A stretch of 64,000 nucleotides of DNA from NCBI GenBank assembly GCA_037379345.1, contig CM074518.1, positions 8,060,001 to 8,124,000 on the forward strand, read 5' to 3'. Positions 27,949-41,578 of the stretch are shown piece by piece. A model generated the notes under the pieces. The model saw only the letters and a list, made by a program, of their open reading frames with translations. It did no database searches and was not told where the DNA came from. The first letter of the stretch is position 1. Every line of letters begins with the position of its first letter. The translations under genes and the position numbers were made by a program. Origin of the DNA: Perna viridis. Lineage: Eukaryota.

Positions 27949-30096
27949 CATGCAAGTTATAAACAATCACAATGCTAACATATTAATAGCCTGTACATAC
28001 AAACAATATAGAACAAACACAAAAAAATGAACATACAGACTGACAGACATTTAAATAACAAGTACTGCTAGATTAAACACATGGTTATTAAAAAGTTTGT
28101 TTTTCTTTTTAATTAAAATGAGAAGTGACAAGACAAAGGGAAAAAACATTTCAAAGGATTAATGACCTCCAAACTCTTCGAAGTCAATATATACATGCAC
28201 TTCCTCAATTTTTTGGTACATCTTGACACAGGTTTAAAATAATCAAATAAGGAAGAAATTTTGAACATGTAAAATTGAGATACTACATGCTCTTTAAAAA
28301 CTAGATACCATCCTGTCATTTTTCTTGGAATGTTCCTCAGTTTTTTTGGTACATTGTTTCTTTTTTTCCACAACATAAAAAAAAACAACAGATTAGTCAG
28401 AAAAAAATTAAAGATTTTTCACATTTATTGAATAAATTTCCTTTCATAATAAAAATTTTACCAACAAAAACAGAGGATCTCATTACTTTGATCATACCAA
28501 ATACTGTATGTGAATTTTACATCTAATAAATAATAAGTCAATGTGATGTGACATTTTTACTTAGAATGTAAAGAGAAATTCTAATAATAGTAACCAACCC
28601 TATTCCTCACCATGAAAATAAAAAAATCAGTACCGTTTCTTTCAGCAAGTGTGTAATTGACCAGTAAAACAGCCAGTGCAGAAATGGTTTTAAACCACTG
28701 TTGTTATTGGTGTTCAGCTGAATATGACAATTAACAGTAGCTAAACACAGTAATAAAACTTACCTTTAACTCATTAGCTGCTCCCTGTCTGTAAAAAAAA
28801 CCTTGCCTATCTTCACCCACAGCTAGTCTTCACAAATCTGCATCAGTATCTATTGACAAAAACATCATCAATTACATAATTAAATTTCTTCATCTTTCAC
28901 TTTAAAGCACTCATAAACTATGTACATATCTGCTTAACACTTGTCAATCAACAATCATCAATAACAATCAATAAAATGAAACTATGATATCAAACAATTA
29001 ACAAAAAGTCATCTTTTACCATTAAAAAAAACAACTTATCATTCATAATACAGTAGTTTCATATCTTACAATGGCTTAGTCACATCTCAATTAATATCAA
29101 GCATTACTAAACCACAAATGAACATTTCTTAAGCTTTCTCGTTAGTCATCAAATAAATTCAACAATGGCATTTGATGCAAAGGAATTTCATCAACTCATT
29201 GATCGATAATTTGGGGGGAGAACAGAAAAAAATGCATTGATTTTCAAAACTTTTCCTCGGCAACTGGTCTTTATGCCAACAAATAGTTTGATGCCATTAT
29301 ATTACAAAGATATTAATTTCGTGATTATAATAAGGAACTGACTTGACGAACAGTTCTGTGTTCATTGTTATCGTAATGAAACTGTGATGTTCTCCTTTAA
29401 GGCAATGATGAATCTGCAAACGCATTCAAGAATAGCAAATGAAGGCTAAATATCATTACCAATAACAAAAGGAAGGCCTATTGATCTCACAAATTCACAT
29501 AATACACAATACCGAGTCTTTTCGAAATTGTATACAATATCTCAGAATTGTCCTGCCTAGCGTAACAAAAGACAACATAGCAAACAAAATTTTACAACAA
29601 TAGCTAGCTGATTATTAAAGACTGAAATCCATTACATTTCTTTTTAAGAAAAATACTTTTCATTAGACTAAATCGCCTTGGCATTCCATTTATGCTGCAA
29701 TGAAATGAAACTGAGATCTAACAATAGATGATGAAATAACAAGATCATAATTTTATTTTCCTTCCAATTTCCTAATTTGTTTGCCACTAATTCTGTTGCT
29801 GATAGGCACTGCATCCAATCTTTTTAGTTTGCAAACTTATTACTGACATTTGCCATTACAACAAAAGACTTTAATTTCAATTTAAACTCCTACAACAGTT
29901 AGTAGAAAGACACAAATTTTGTAATGAAAATATTATTCCTACTAACTGGATGTAGTCTTCCATTTGTGTCAACTATACAATGACAAACCTAGTACAGAAG
30001 TGATTTAAATATAAGGATCTCATAATTCTGTGGATTTGTGATAATTTTCAGATCACCATATTGTACAGAGCAATACCAAGAATACTGGGTTACTGA

Positions 30097-30299
30097 GGCA
30101 GACCTTGATCCTCCACAAGGATCAATGGATTATTAAGGAAGACTCCTACCATCCACACAGACCATTATACTATAAAGGCAGGTCCTGACCTTCCACATAG
30201 ACCACTGGACTATTAAGACATACCCTAACCTTCCATGCAGACCACTTGACTAAACGACAGAACCTAGTCCTCCAAACAGATTACTGAGCTATAAAGACA
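30097..30299. repeat. Old diverged ~40-bp tandem repeat (about 5 copies)
   Basis: Recurrent ccttccacatagaccactggactattaagaca-like units. Confidence 0.65.
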
Positions 30300-30834
30300 T
30301 TTGAAATAGAGTGGACAATTAACAATAAAATGCTAAATGTTTTCACTTTCCACCTGAAATTCACCATTCTATGTCACATCCTTAAGTATACATTGTATAT
30401 TGGAATGGGTAACGAGTAAACATGACATAACTCAAATATTAAGTGATGAAATGGTTCCTATAGGTTTATTACACAACATATGCTGTTGTGTTTAACAAAA
30501 AACAGACCTTGTACATTTTAAACCCTGATATATCAAAAGGAAGTTGGTGTTACAATTTTTTTTTAAAAGAAATGGGTGCCAAGGACATGACCTTGGGGTT
30601 AAGGAAGTCCATATCAGTATAACTATGTCCACTCATACTAACCAATTAGGGAAACAATTAATCAAAAAATATCAATTCAATCGTCACTTGAAACAATCAG
30701 TAAGAAACTGTCTGTAGATTTTATCATTTGGTGGGCTTCTCGATTTGAGGATATAATCATTTATGACCATAAAGCTATATAGACCATTAGACAATTAATT
30801 AGTATCATAGTTTGTTTACTGTATACAACTTCAA

Positions 30835-31085
30835 TCATTCTCGTGGCAATAACTAATCCAACGATAGAGCTGATATCGTAGAAACAAGGGTTTCCCGCCC
30901 TTAACCACAAGTGCCTGAAGTGACAAAATGGCGAAAGGTAGCCGTCAAGTCATCTAAAAACAGAGGAAAATGTCTCGCCTTTTGTGACGTTATGGATCTA
31001 TTTGATTTTGACAGCCTTATTAAAAGAATTATGGGAATAAAATTCATAAGTTTATCGAGTAGCGTACGATAAGAGCTCCTTAACA
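30835..31085. promoter_or_regulatory. CpG-retaining candidate cis-regulatory block
   Basis: Many CpGs in an otherwise depleted window. GC box cccgccc at 30894-30900, YY1-like CAAAATGGCG at 30924-30933, and a CRE-like TGACGT near 30985. Confidence 0.35.
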
Positions 31086-34000
31086 AAGGCACTTACAATC
31101 TCCTTATATTGACCATATTATAATGTTCAATAATTTCCGTTATTGCTACAAACTAGGTTTTTCAATGTGTACAAATAACTTCACTCTACAAGTACCTATA
31201 ATTTATTAATTCAATTATTATACTATTTTGGTATCAAGGTATGGTTCTTTAGATAAAGTAATAGGCTATTGTTTCTAATTTTGTTGTATTCTCATGAAAA
31301 AACGGAAAACAATTAGGTTGATTTTCAAGATAATAATATTTAAAATAGACATTAAGTGTGTCACGTATGACAATACAGTATTTGACCCTTCTGTAGTTCC
31401 CAAGATTCTAATCTATAAAATGCTCCATTAAATTTTTTAATACCTCAATTATACTGCATATCACTTTTTAATTTTTTAGCTACCGTTATTATTTTTTTAT
31501 TTAGGAATGAGATTAAAGATTAAAAAGGAGATTATTTTTTTTTTTTGGGGGGGGGGGGGGGGGTGTTAATTACAATATCATAAATCTTGTTATATCACTT
31601 TAAAGGTATTTTGAAATATTACTTTCTGCAGTTTCCAAGAGATTTGCCATTTCCAAAATTAAGAAATTGACAATTTTCATGTAATTAGGAATTATTTTAT
31701 ATTTTTTTTCTTTAAACTACATGTATAAATTGCAAAATCATCAAAGCAGATCCAAAAGGAGAAGAAGCCTAAAATCAAAATATAAATTGTAAAATATTTG
31801 CTCATGTTAATATTGTACCAATTGAGAAGGTAATACATTACATAGATTTAACCATCATTTTGACAACCAGAACAAGGGCAATAACCCATTATCATGTGTT
31901 CTAGAACAAAACCATTTTACAGTCATAAATGTCAAAATGCAGCAAAAAGCTTTAATTACAGAACAAACTACTGGTACCTTTCATAAAGTTAATTTACAGA
32001 ACAACTAATGCTTCCTTTTCAATGGTTATAAAACAAACTGATCATAACAAGACAAGTCTTTAATCTTGGTAAAAAATGGCTTTCAAGATAAATTTCTAGT
32101 GCACCTTTTGAACTCAATGAAATCCTCTAGTATTTTCACATAATCTTAGACTATTTAATCAAATTTCAGAATAACTGCATCAGTTGTTCCTTAACTACAG
32201 ATTTCTAACTGGGAAGGTGACTGCATCTTAATTTTTTTTAATACAGGTTTTAATATTTTAATAATGATACACTAACACATGGATCTGATAAGCTCTTGAC
32301 ACTGACTCGTCTACAGATTCAGAAAAAATTAGAAAAAAATTATTTAAAGGTAGGAGACAAGTTGTCTGCCCCTTGCTTATTTTTTTAAGTATACAACTTT
32401 ACCTTAAAATCATGCAAAAATTGGATTTTTATAGTTAAAAAAACTTGTATTGATGGTAATCATGGGATACTCAGTTCCAACAGACCTGAAATTTTCCACT
32501 ATTTTCAAAATTATATTTTAGAGTGTTATGTTTATGGCATATGACCACCTCCATACCAATTATCAAGCATGAAGTCTACTGTGTAATGTTCAACTTTACT
32601 AAAGCTTGGATGCGGAATGAGGCACTGGGACTGGTAAAACTTATGTAATTTTTAAATTTTAGGGTTTTGATAATAGCTGACAGCCTGCTTGACTTCAAAT
32701 GCCTGAGTTTATAAACATGCTGCCCACTCTAATGTTAATTGTCTGTAGATGTTAAGTGACTGTAAATAAGTTTTAAAAGCTTTACAGCACTAAGTTGACA
32801 AGAAACAAGTCAAGAATCTTTCATGAGTTGATTCTCGTAAAATGGTTTGAGGTACAAATTACAAAACATAATAACTAACTGAACAAACAAATTCTGGAAG
32901 TAAGTCTACATCTACTTTTTTTCATTTAAATAAAATTGTTTAACTTTAAAAAAAATCATTGTACAAGTCTTCAGCATGGGGCTAGTGACTAAAATAAATT
33001 TTGTTAACAAATATTTCAGTTTTGAATTTTAGAATAATTGCATGTGATTTTACTTTCTACCTGTTGTTTATGTGAAACAGTACTGAAATAATGACAGAAT
33101 CAGTTAGTTTGGCATTTATTTAACTTGAATCCATTAAGCTTATCAATTAATGCTAGAGGATATTAAGAAAAGCATGAATTTTGTTTCATTGTTTTTTACT
33201 AATACAAGACAAGTGCACATCAACAAAGCTTAATTGTTCAGGCCTTTCATGAAACAAATCCTGTATTAATACCATACCGCATGGCCCCGGTTTTATTAAG
33301 TCAAAATACCATGGTTTTATTAAAATGTATATTGAATCTACAGCAGTTATATCTTGATTAAAAGTTTTATCATACGCATCGCTGGGACAAATCTAATTGT
33401 GATGTAATGGGGTTTTCGGCTGACACGACGGGTACACGGACAGATGCTGAGACCTGCTGGGGTGCTCCCTTTGTTGTTTCATAGATATATGGTTGTACAA
33501 CTTATATATTGAATCTTGTATGGTGGGAAAGTTTTGTGGCGTTGTTCACTCTAAATGTTCTAAATGAACACAAAACAGTCATTTAGTTAGCTTTTATTGC
33601 TTAATATTAACTTTTAGCCATTCTTGATATGTCAAGCTGTGAGGTTGTGTCTTTGCAGTCAATTTCTACCATTGAACAATATTTTTAATGCTAAAATCAA
33701 GATGAATGACCAATAAGAGTGAAATTAACTGTAAAAATGTTCAATTAAAACAGAACATACAATTGGCATTAAAGCAGTTCATATGGAAAGTTCTCCTGTA
33801 TAGAGGTGTAATTAACCTATAGTTGAACAATCTGTTTAAGACTTCTCATTAAATTGCACATATTTTTAACTGAAAAAATTCTATTACATGAATTTTCATC
33901 TTGCTATGTCAAAGAAAAGAGTTGGATTTACCTAAATATACCTTTTAAAGAAATAAAAACAAAGAGATTTAAAATTTTTCAGTCACAATTACAGATTACT

Positions 34001-37000
34001 AAAACAGAAACATTACAAAGAATGATTTATTATTTTTTCAAACTTTCTGCAAATTACTTGATATTATTCAATTTAACTGGTTTTTTTTCTGTATGTCACA
34101 GAGATGATGACAATAGGCAATCATTTTGCCCAGAGCCCAGTTTCATGAAGCAATTCCTTCTTACATTGTTTCAAATCCAAGAGCTTTTTCTTAATTCTTT
34201 AATTTCAAGTCAAATATTTAAGATGAGGATGAAAATGAGGATAAACTCAATTGGTAATATTTTATAAAAAATACTCTGAGTCCCCTTGGAGTCTTTTAAT
34301 TTTTGACAAATTAAAAATTTTATGACATACAATCAGTTATACTATTTTTCATGCAGTGCGTGGACAAACAGACAGACAGACTGAAAACAAATATAAACTT
34401 AATGTTCCTTTTTAACACAAAATAAACTTTCAATCCAGCTTGAACATTATCTAACAATAGATGTCTGAACAGCTGAATTTATCCAATTTTACAATATTAC
34501 ATCACTTAAGCAGCACAAAAGATGAACAAAATAAGAACCTTATCTTTCATTTAATTTTTTTGTACTTTTAAAATAGCCAAACTCATTCAGAAACAAGTTG
34601 TGATTAGATGTAAGATTTTAAATTAAATACAAGTGTATTAATATGTACTTACTAAGTGCTCTGTAATAGAGTCGTCAAGAAATATGAATATGAAGGTAAT
34701 GTATACAATATTGTTTGGTGATATGACAATAAAATCTTTTCATGTTCCGCAGTAACGAACCACAACAGTGGAAAGGTTTTTTTTTCTTTTCTATTGAAAT
34801 AGAAAGTGATGTGAAAACCCAGGTTCTATAGGGGTAGACAGTGATCCTCTCAACCATGGAAATAAGCTACCATGAAAATCTAAGTGGAAATATCCCGCAG
34901 CGATGCCTTTTAAGGTCCTAACAATAGTATTACATTTGTGATTTTCTTGATTAATATCCATCATAAATATGTTATCAATTATTTAAAAATGTTCATAGAG
35001 TCAATTAAAAGTTATTAGAAATGTATTTCCTATTGGTGATATTAAAATTGACTTTTATTAAAATTCATTGTAAAGTGACAGAAAACGTGACTTCATTTAA
35101 GGTAAATAGCCTACCAAACAATGCCATTAAGTTTTCAAAATCAAGAAAGAGTAGTGCAGGAAATTTTTAGTTTAAAAACTTTATCATTTATCATGATCCA
35201 CCAAACATTAAAAGATCCACCTAAGTACCTGACTGTTTGCAAAGTAAATATAAATTACCAAGGACAAGAATTAGAGAATGTTTTCCCTCCCTTTCTAAGT
35301 AGAACTGTACATTGTTTGCAAATTAAACAAGTGGCCAAAAATAATTGCTGCAAATGTTTGACAAAGGTATTGTCCATTTTTTCACAAAAACTGTTCAAAA
35401 ACATTTGGTGTACTTGTACCACTTGAGAGTTGGTATAAAAGAGGACCACACACCCGTAAAGGAAAAAGAATATTTGAAATACCCTTAAGCTGAAAATAAA
35501 ACGACGAAAACTTGCAAATTCTCTTCCATTTTATTTTATCTATCTTATCCCCTTGAGTTTATATTTGGACAAATTACAATTACTTGAATAAAACCAAACA
35601 ATACTGATAAATTTAAGCCATTTGATAAAATAAATACTTTTGATTATTGCAAATAAATCTTTGTGATTTGGTTGTTTTATAAAAGTAAACGAAGATTTGG
35701 CTGAAAAACTGGACCTAAAAATTTTGTCACAATATATAGCTTATCTGTTTTTGACAATTCTATAGGCTAATCTAATTGTGAATAAATTGCCTTATTTATC
35801 ATGTAGCCATTTATTCAAGAGGGCTTGTACATGAGGTATGACAAGTTCCTGGTTTGTCTAGGATTTAAAATGTTGCAATCATAACTAATTCAGTAAGTCT
35901 CAAAAAAACTTTTTTTTTTTAAAATAAAGGAAACTTTTCTGGTGTGTTTGATTGTCTTTAGAAGTAATACAACATTAGTGTGTGTAACTGACCTACAATA
36001 GTTCAAGGGAGATAACTTTTCAACACATAAATACAATGATGATGATAAAGACATTTAAACAATTTGTAAATTCAGAAAAAAATAATGGGAAAAAATAAAC
36101 ACCAGATAATTATTTTTTTCTCTCTTAAAGAGTTTCAATTGTAAGTACAGATGAACCTGATATTTGATAAGGGGTTAAAAAAGTACAACAATCAACATAT
36201 TGAATTCTATCAGTAAATCTGGCATTTTACCACACAGGTATCAAAAATGTCTAATGCCATTTTTTTCTCAAAGAAGAATACCTTTTTATCACAAAATGAT
36301 AAATTTTATTTTAATATTAATGGGAAAACAAATTAATAAAACATTAACATAAATATTTGTCTAGCAGCTCCTTTTTCATTCTAATTTACTGCTAAAACAA
36401 TTTTCATGAATTTAGATAAGAGATTGAGATAAGACAAAAAACTCCATTCCTTTGTAACGACAGCTCTCTTTGATAATAGAAAGATCTGTTAAAGTACTAA
36501 ATCTTAAAGCTCAAAAAATAAAAATTAATTGTTTGTATCAAAAACATGATGACTACCAAGAGGTTTGGAACAGTTGTTTTTCTCTACAGCTTCCCTGATC
36601 TAAGATGTGAGATTGTTATGATAATACTATCTGAAAATTGAGCACAAAAGACTGATAGAATTTTGATTGAGAAATACCCACTGTTCATTGAAATTAACAA
36701 CAACTTCAAAGATTGTGACAGGTGCACCCTTTGATGTAGATTTCATTGCATGTTCTCTTGTAGGCTCAAAAATAAAGGGGAACAATTTACACCAAAAATT
36801 CCCAGTGCAAAACAATAAAGATCTGATCACTTAGGATGAATTATAGAAAGGGATGCCCTGTCCTGATATTGCTTCCCCTGAGATTGAGTCAAAAACAAAT
36901 GGGAAAAAGAAGTAGACAACATCTTGGGACTGAATAATTAGCAACATTTTTTTATAAAAAATTATGTTAGAATAAAATACTGCCATCCTTAGAACATCTG

Positions 37001-37369
37001 TTTTTGATCAGATGAAAGAAAAGTAATTTTTGTTTGTTACTTAGTTAATTACTATTCACACATAAATCCAAAAAGAAATATTTTGTTCATAACTTTGTGG
37101 TTTTTTTGTGATTATCAAAATAAGTAGCATTTGATGTGACTTTTATCTGCCACTAATGAGTAAGAATAGAATCATCTGGAGGTGTCAAGCGGTACTTCAT
37201 CTTGAGGTGAAAGAAAATGTTTGTGTGGTTGTGTGTGTGTGTGTGTGTGGGGGGGGGTGATTCTAGACTATTTGATATGGATGTTGATACATTTATATTC
37301 ATCATTATTTCAATACAAGATACAAATGCTTTAAAGTTCACATAATTAACACATTGCAAAGATGCCTAA

Positions 37370-38937
37370 CTCCTGGTAATACAGGACCTCTGTAAATTAT
37401 TCCCCATAAAACAACCACTTCTGGTAACTATTCCCCCTGATACAAGGACTTCTGGTAACTATTCCCCATAAAACAAGGACTTCTGGTAACTATTCCCCCT
37501 GATACAAGGACTTCCGGTAAATATTCCCCATAAAACAAGGACTTCTGGTAACTATTCCCCCTAATACAAGGACTTCTGGAAACTATTCCCCATAAAACAA
37601 AGACTTCTGGTAACTATTCCCCCTGATACAAGGACTTCCGGTAACTATTCCCCATAATACAAGGACTTCTTGTAACTATTCCTAAAAAATACAAGGACGT
37701 CTGCTACTATTCCTAAAAATGCAAGGACCTCTGGTAACTCTTTTTGATAATACAAGGATTTCTAGTAACTAATCTCCCTGATATAAGGAGTTCTGGTAAC
37801 TATTCCTAAAAATACATGGACCTCAGGTAACTATTTTCCATAATACAAAGACTTCTAGTAACTATTTTCCATGATACAGGAACTTCTAGTAACTATCTCC
37901 CATGATACAGGGACTTCTGGTAACTATTCCCCACAACACAAGGACTTCTGGTAACTATCTCCCATGATACAGGGACTCTAGTAACTATTCCCCATAACAC
38001 AAGGACTTCTAGTAACTATTCCTAAAAATGCAAGGCCCTCTGATAACTATTTTCCATAATACAAGGACTTCTAGTAACTATTTTCCATGATATAGGGACT
38101 TCTTGTAACTATTCCCCAAAATAAAGGACTTCTAGTAACTATCTCCCATGATACAGGGACTTCTGGTAACTATTCCCCATAATACAAGGACTTCTGGTAA
38201 CTATTCCTAAAAAATATAAGGACTTTTGGTAACTATTCTTAAAAATGCAATTACCTTTGGTAACTATTCCCCATAATACAAGGACTTCTGGTAACTTTCC
38301 CTAAAAAATACAAGGACTTCTGGTAACTTTCCCTAAAAAATACAAGGACTTCTGGTAACTATTCCCCATAATACAAGAACTTCTGGTAACTATTCCTAAA
38401 AATACAAGGACATCTGGTAACTATTCCTTAAAAATACAAGAATGTCTGGTAACTATTTTACATAATACAAGGACTTCTGGTAACTGTTTTCCATGATACA
38501 GGGACTTCTAGTAACTATCTCCCATGATACAGGGACTTATAGTAACTATTCCCCATAACACTAGGACTTCTGGTAACTATCTCCCTGAAACAGGGACTTC
38601 TAGTAACTATTCCCCATAACACAAGGACTTCTAGTAACTATTTCTAAAAATACAAGGACTTCTTGTAACTATTCCTAAAAAATGCAAGGACCTCTGGTAA
38701 CTATTTTCCATAATACAAGGACTTCTAGTAACTATTTTCCATGATATAGGGACTTCTGATAACTATTCCCCAAAATAAAGGACTTTAGTAACTATCTCCC
38801 ATGATACAGGGACTTCTAGTAACTATCTCTGATGATACAGGGACTTCTGGTAACTATCTCCCATGATACAGGGACTTGTAGTAACTATCTCCCATGATAC
38901 AGGGACTTGTGGTAACTATTCCCCAAAATACTGGGAC
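37370..38937. repeat. ~31-bp minisatellite (about 50 copies)
   Basis: Unit acaaggacttctggtaactattccccataat and variants. Confidence 0.95.
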
Positions 38938-39509
38938 ACAAAATTTTAAAATCAATTAAAAATGTTAAAAATTTAGCCAATGATAAAAAGTCAATCGGCG
39001 GTCATGCCTTTGAGACAAAAACTGTAAGAGATAACTGAAATCTGATTGAAAAACTCAGGCAGGGATTTTCATAAGGTATTCAATGAATAACATTTTCAAA
39101 ATCGGACCAGAAATAAAAAGAAGTTGATTTTTTTTTGGCATGGCTCAATTTTGCACCCCTTTGACTCCAAAACATTTTTAAAAAGATAAACCTTCCTTAT
39201 AAAAACAGAATTTCAAAACATCTGAATCATAAAAATTGGATCAACCTCCCTTTAGCCCATTATTTTCAAAAGGAGTGGGGCTAAAATCTCAAAAACTATA
39301 GGGCCCTGTGCCATGTCTCTATGAACTATATGAGCAAATTTCAAAAAGATCAGGTAAGTTTTACTTGAGTTATTGTAAATAAACTAAAGTTAATGGATGC
39401 CAAGAATGACAGGGTGACACAATCATACAACTGAAAAACAAATGTTGCAGTCTAAGGGAAATTTTGGGATATCTATTCCCCATAATGTAAGGATAGTACA
39501 GTAAAACTG

Positions 39510-40830
39510 ATACCCATTCCTTGTAATACAGAAACTGTATTGTATTGGGAATGGGGTACCTATTCCATGTTGCAATGGGTCTGTATAGTATTGGGGATGG
39601 GGTATTCCCTGTAATACAGAAGCTATATAGTTATTGGGCATGGGGTACCTATTCCTTGTTATACTGGGTCTGCATTGTTATTGGGCATGGGGTACAACTT
39701 CCCTGTTATACTGGGTCTGTATTGTATTGGGGATGGGGTATTCCCTATAATACAGAAACTATATAGTTATTGGGCATGGGGTACCTATTCCTTGTTATAC
39801 TGCGTCTGTATTGTATTGGGGATGGGGTATTTCCTGTAATACAGAAGCTATATAGTTATTGGGCATGGGGTACCTATTTCTTGTTATACTGGGTCTGTAT
39901 TGTTATTGGGCATGGGGTACAAATTCCCTGTTATACTGGGTCTGTATTGTATTGGGGATGGGGTACATATTCCCTGTTATACTGGGTCTGTATTGATATT
40001 GGGCATGAGGTACCTATTCCCTGTTATACTGGGTCTGTATTGTATTGGGGATGGGGTACATATTCCCTGTTATACTGGGTCTGTATTGTATTGGGCATGG
40101 GGTACCTATTCCCTGTTATACTGGTTCTGTATTGTATTGGGCATGGGGTACCTATTCCCTGTTATACTGGGTCTGTATTGTATTGGGCATGGGGTACCTA
40201 CTACCGGTTACATTGGGTCTGTATTGTATTGGGCATGGGGTACCTGCTACTTATTATACCGGGTCTGTATTGTATTAGGCATGGGGTACCTATTCCCTGT
40301 TATACTGGGTTTGTATTGAATTGGGCATGGAGTACCTATTCCCTGTTATATTGGGTCTGTATTGTATTGAGCATGGGGTACCTATTCCCTGTAATACAGA
40401 AGCTATATAGTTATCGGGCATGGGGTACCTATTCTCTGTTATATTGGGTGTGTATTGTATTGGGCATGGGGTACCTGCTACCTGTTATTCTGGGTCTGTA
40501 TTGTATTAGGCATGGAGTACCTATTCCCTGTTATACTGGGTCTGTATTGAATTGGGCATGGAGTACCTATTCCCTGTTATATTGGGTCTGTATTGTATTG
40601 GGCATGGGAAACCTATTCCATGTTATACTGGGTCTGTATTGAATTGGGCATGAAGTACCTATTCCCTGTCATACTGGGTCTGTATTGTATTGGGCATGGG
40701 GTGTTCCTCGTAGTACAGAAGCAGTCTTGTTATTGGGCATGGAGTACCTATTTCAACTGTATCATTATTTGGCATTGAGTACCCATTTCTGGTATCATAG
40801 GTACTGTATCATTATTGGGCATAGAGTACT
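39510..40830. repeat. 46-bp minisatellite (about 29 copies)
   Basis: Unit ttgtattgggcatggggtacctattccctgttatactgggtctgta. It is the source of the ORFs at 39545-40778. Confidence 0.95.
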
Positions 40831-41474
40831 ATATTTGGAACATAGTCAAAATAATTACTTGTAGTATCTTTACATACTAATAAATTTGCCTAAATACAAG
40901 AAATTGATACACAAGTGTTGTCAAAAAATGTTTGATAAGAAATTTGGAACAATTACCTCTGTCTATGGCTTACCACATTGGCCACATGCATATAGAAGTA
41001 TTCTGTTTATGATTGGCAGGTCTCCCAGCATCAGTGGTCCCTGGATAATGTTTATGATAATCCATAGGAAGAAGGACTCCATTATATGGCCTGTAATTGG
41101 TCTGTTGTCATTATTTTCATTTCTCATTCTGTAAATTTCAATTAAAAATTTGAATAAGTTAAAATCATTATTAAACCCTTGACTTCAGAAGCAGTAGTCT
41201 GTTTCTAAACACAATACAAAGAAGTCACAAATAAAACTGTGGAATAGACCCTTTTACGCTAACAGTTGAGTTATTTATGAGAGTACTAATAATAAACATT
41301 TCCATTCAGAAATTTCTTATGTACTACCTCAGGCCCTGCCTTATGGAAGTATATGTCACACTTGTTCATCGACTAACCATCATCTATTACCATTGTAAAG
41401 TTAATCTGGATGGACATCAATAGATCTGGCTGAAAATGACCATTAACTGCAAAATAAAGCAAATACTATGGAGT

Positions 41475-41578
41475 AAGATCACAAGTCCAAGATCACAAGC
41501 TATAAGATCACAAGCTGCAAGATCACAAGCTATAAGATCACAAGCTGCAAGATCACAAGCTATAAGATCACAAGCTAT
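41475..41578. repeat. 15-bp minisatellite (about 7 copies, alternating variants)
   Basis: aagatcacaagctat alternating with aagatcacaagctgc. Confidence 0.9.

Noticed and set aside
31536-31563. Poly-T/poly-G run as a functional G-quadruplex
   Set aside because: A simple homopolymer with no supporting context, and its length is error-prone.
33854-34267. 137-aa ORF
   Set aside because: Non-ATG start, composition typical of AT-rich non-coding DNA, and no motif.
39423-40778. 290-aa and overlapping Trp/Cys/Gly-rich ORFs
   Set aside because: Translations of the 46-bp minisatellite in several frames.
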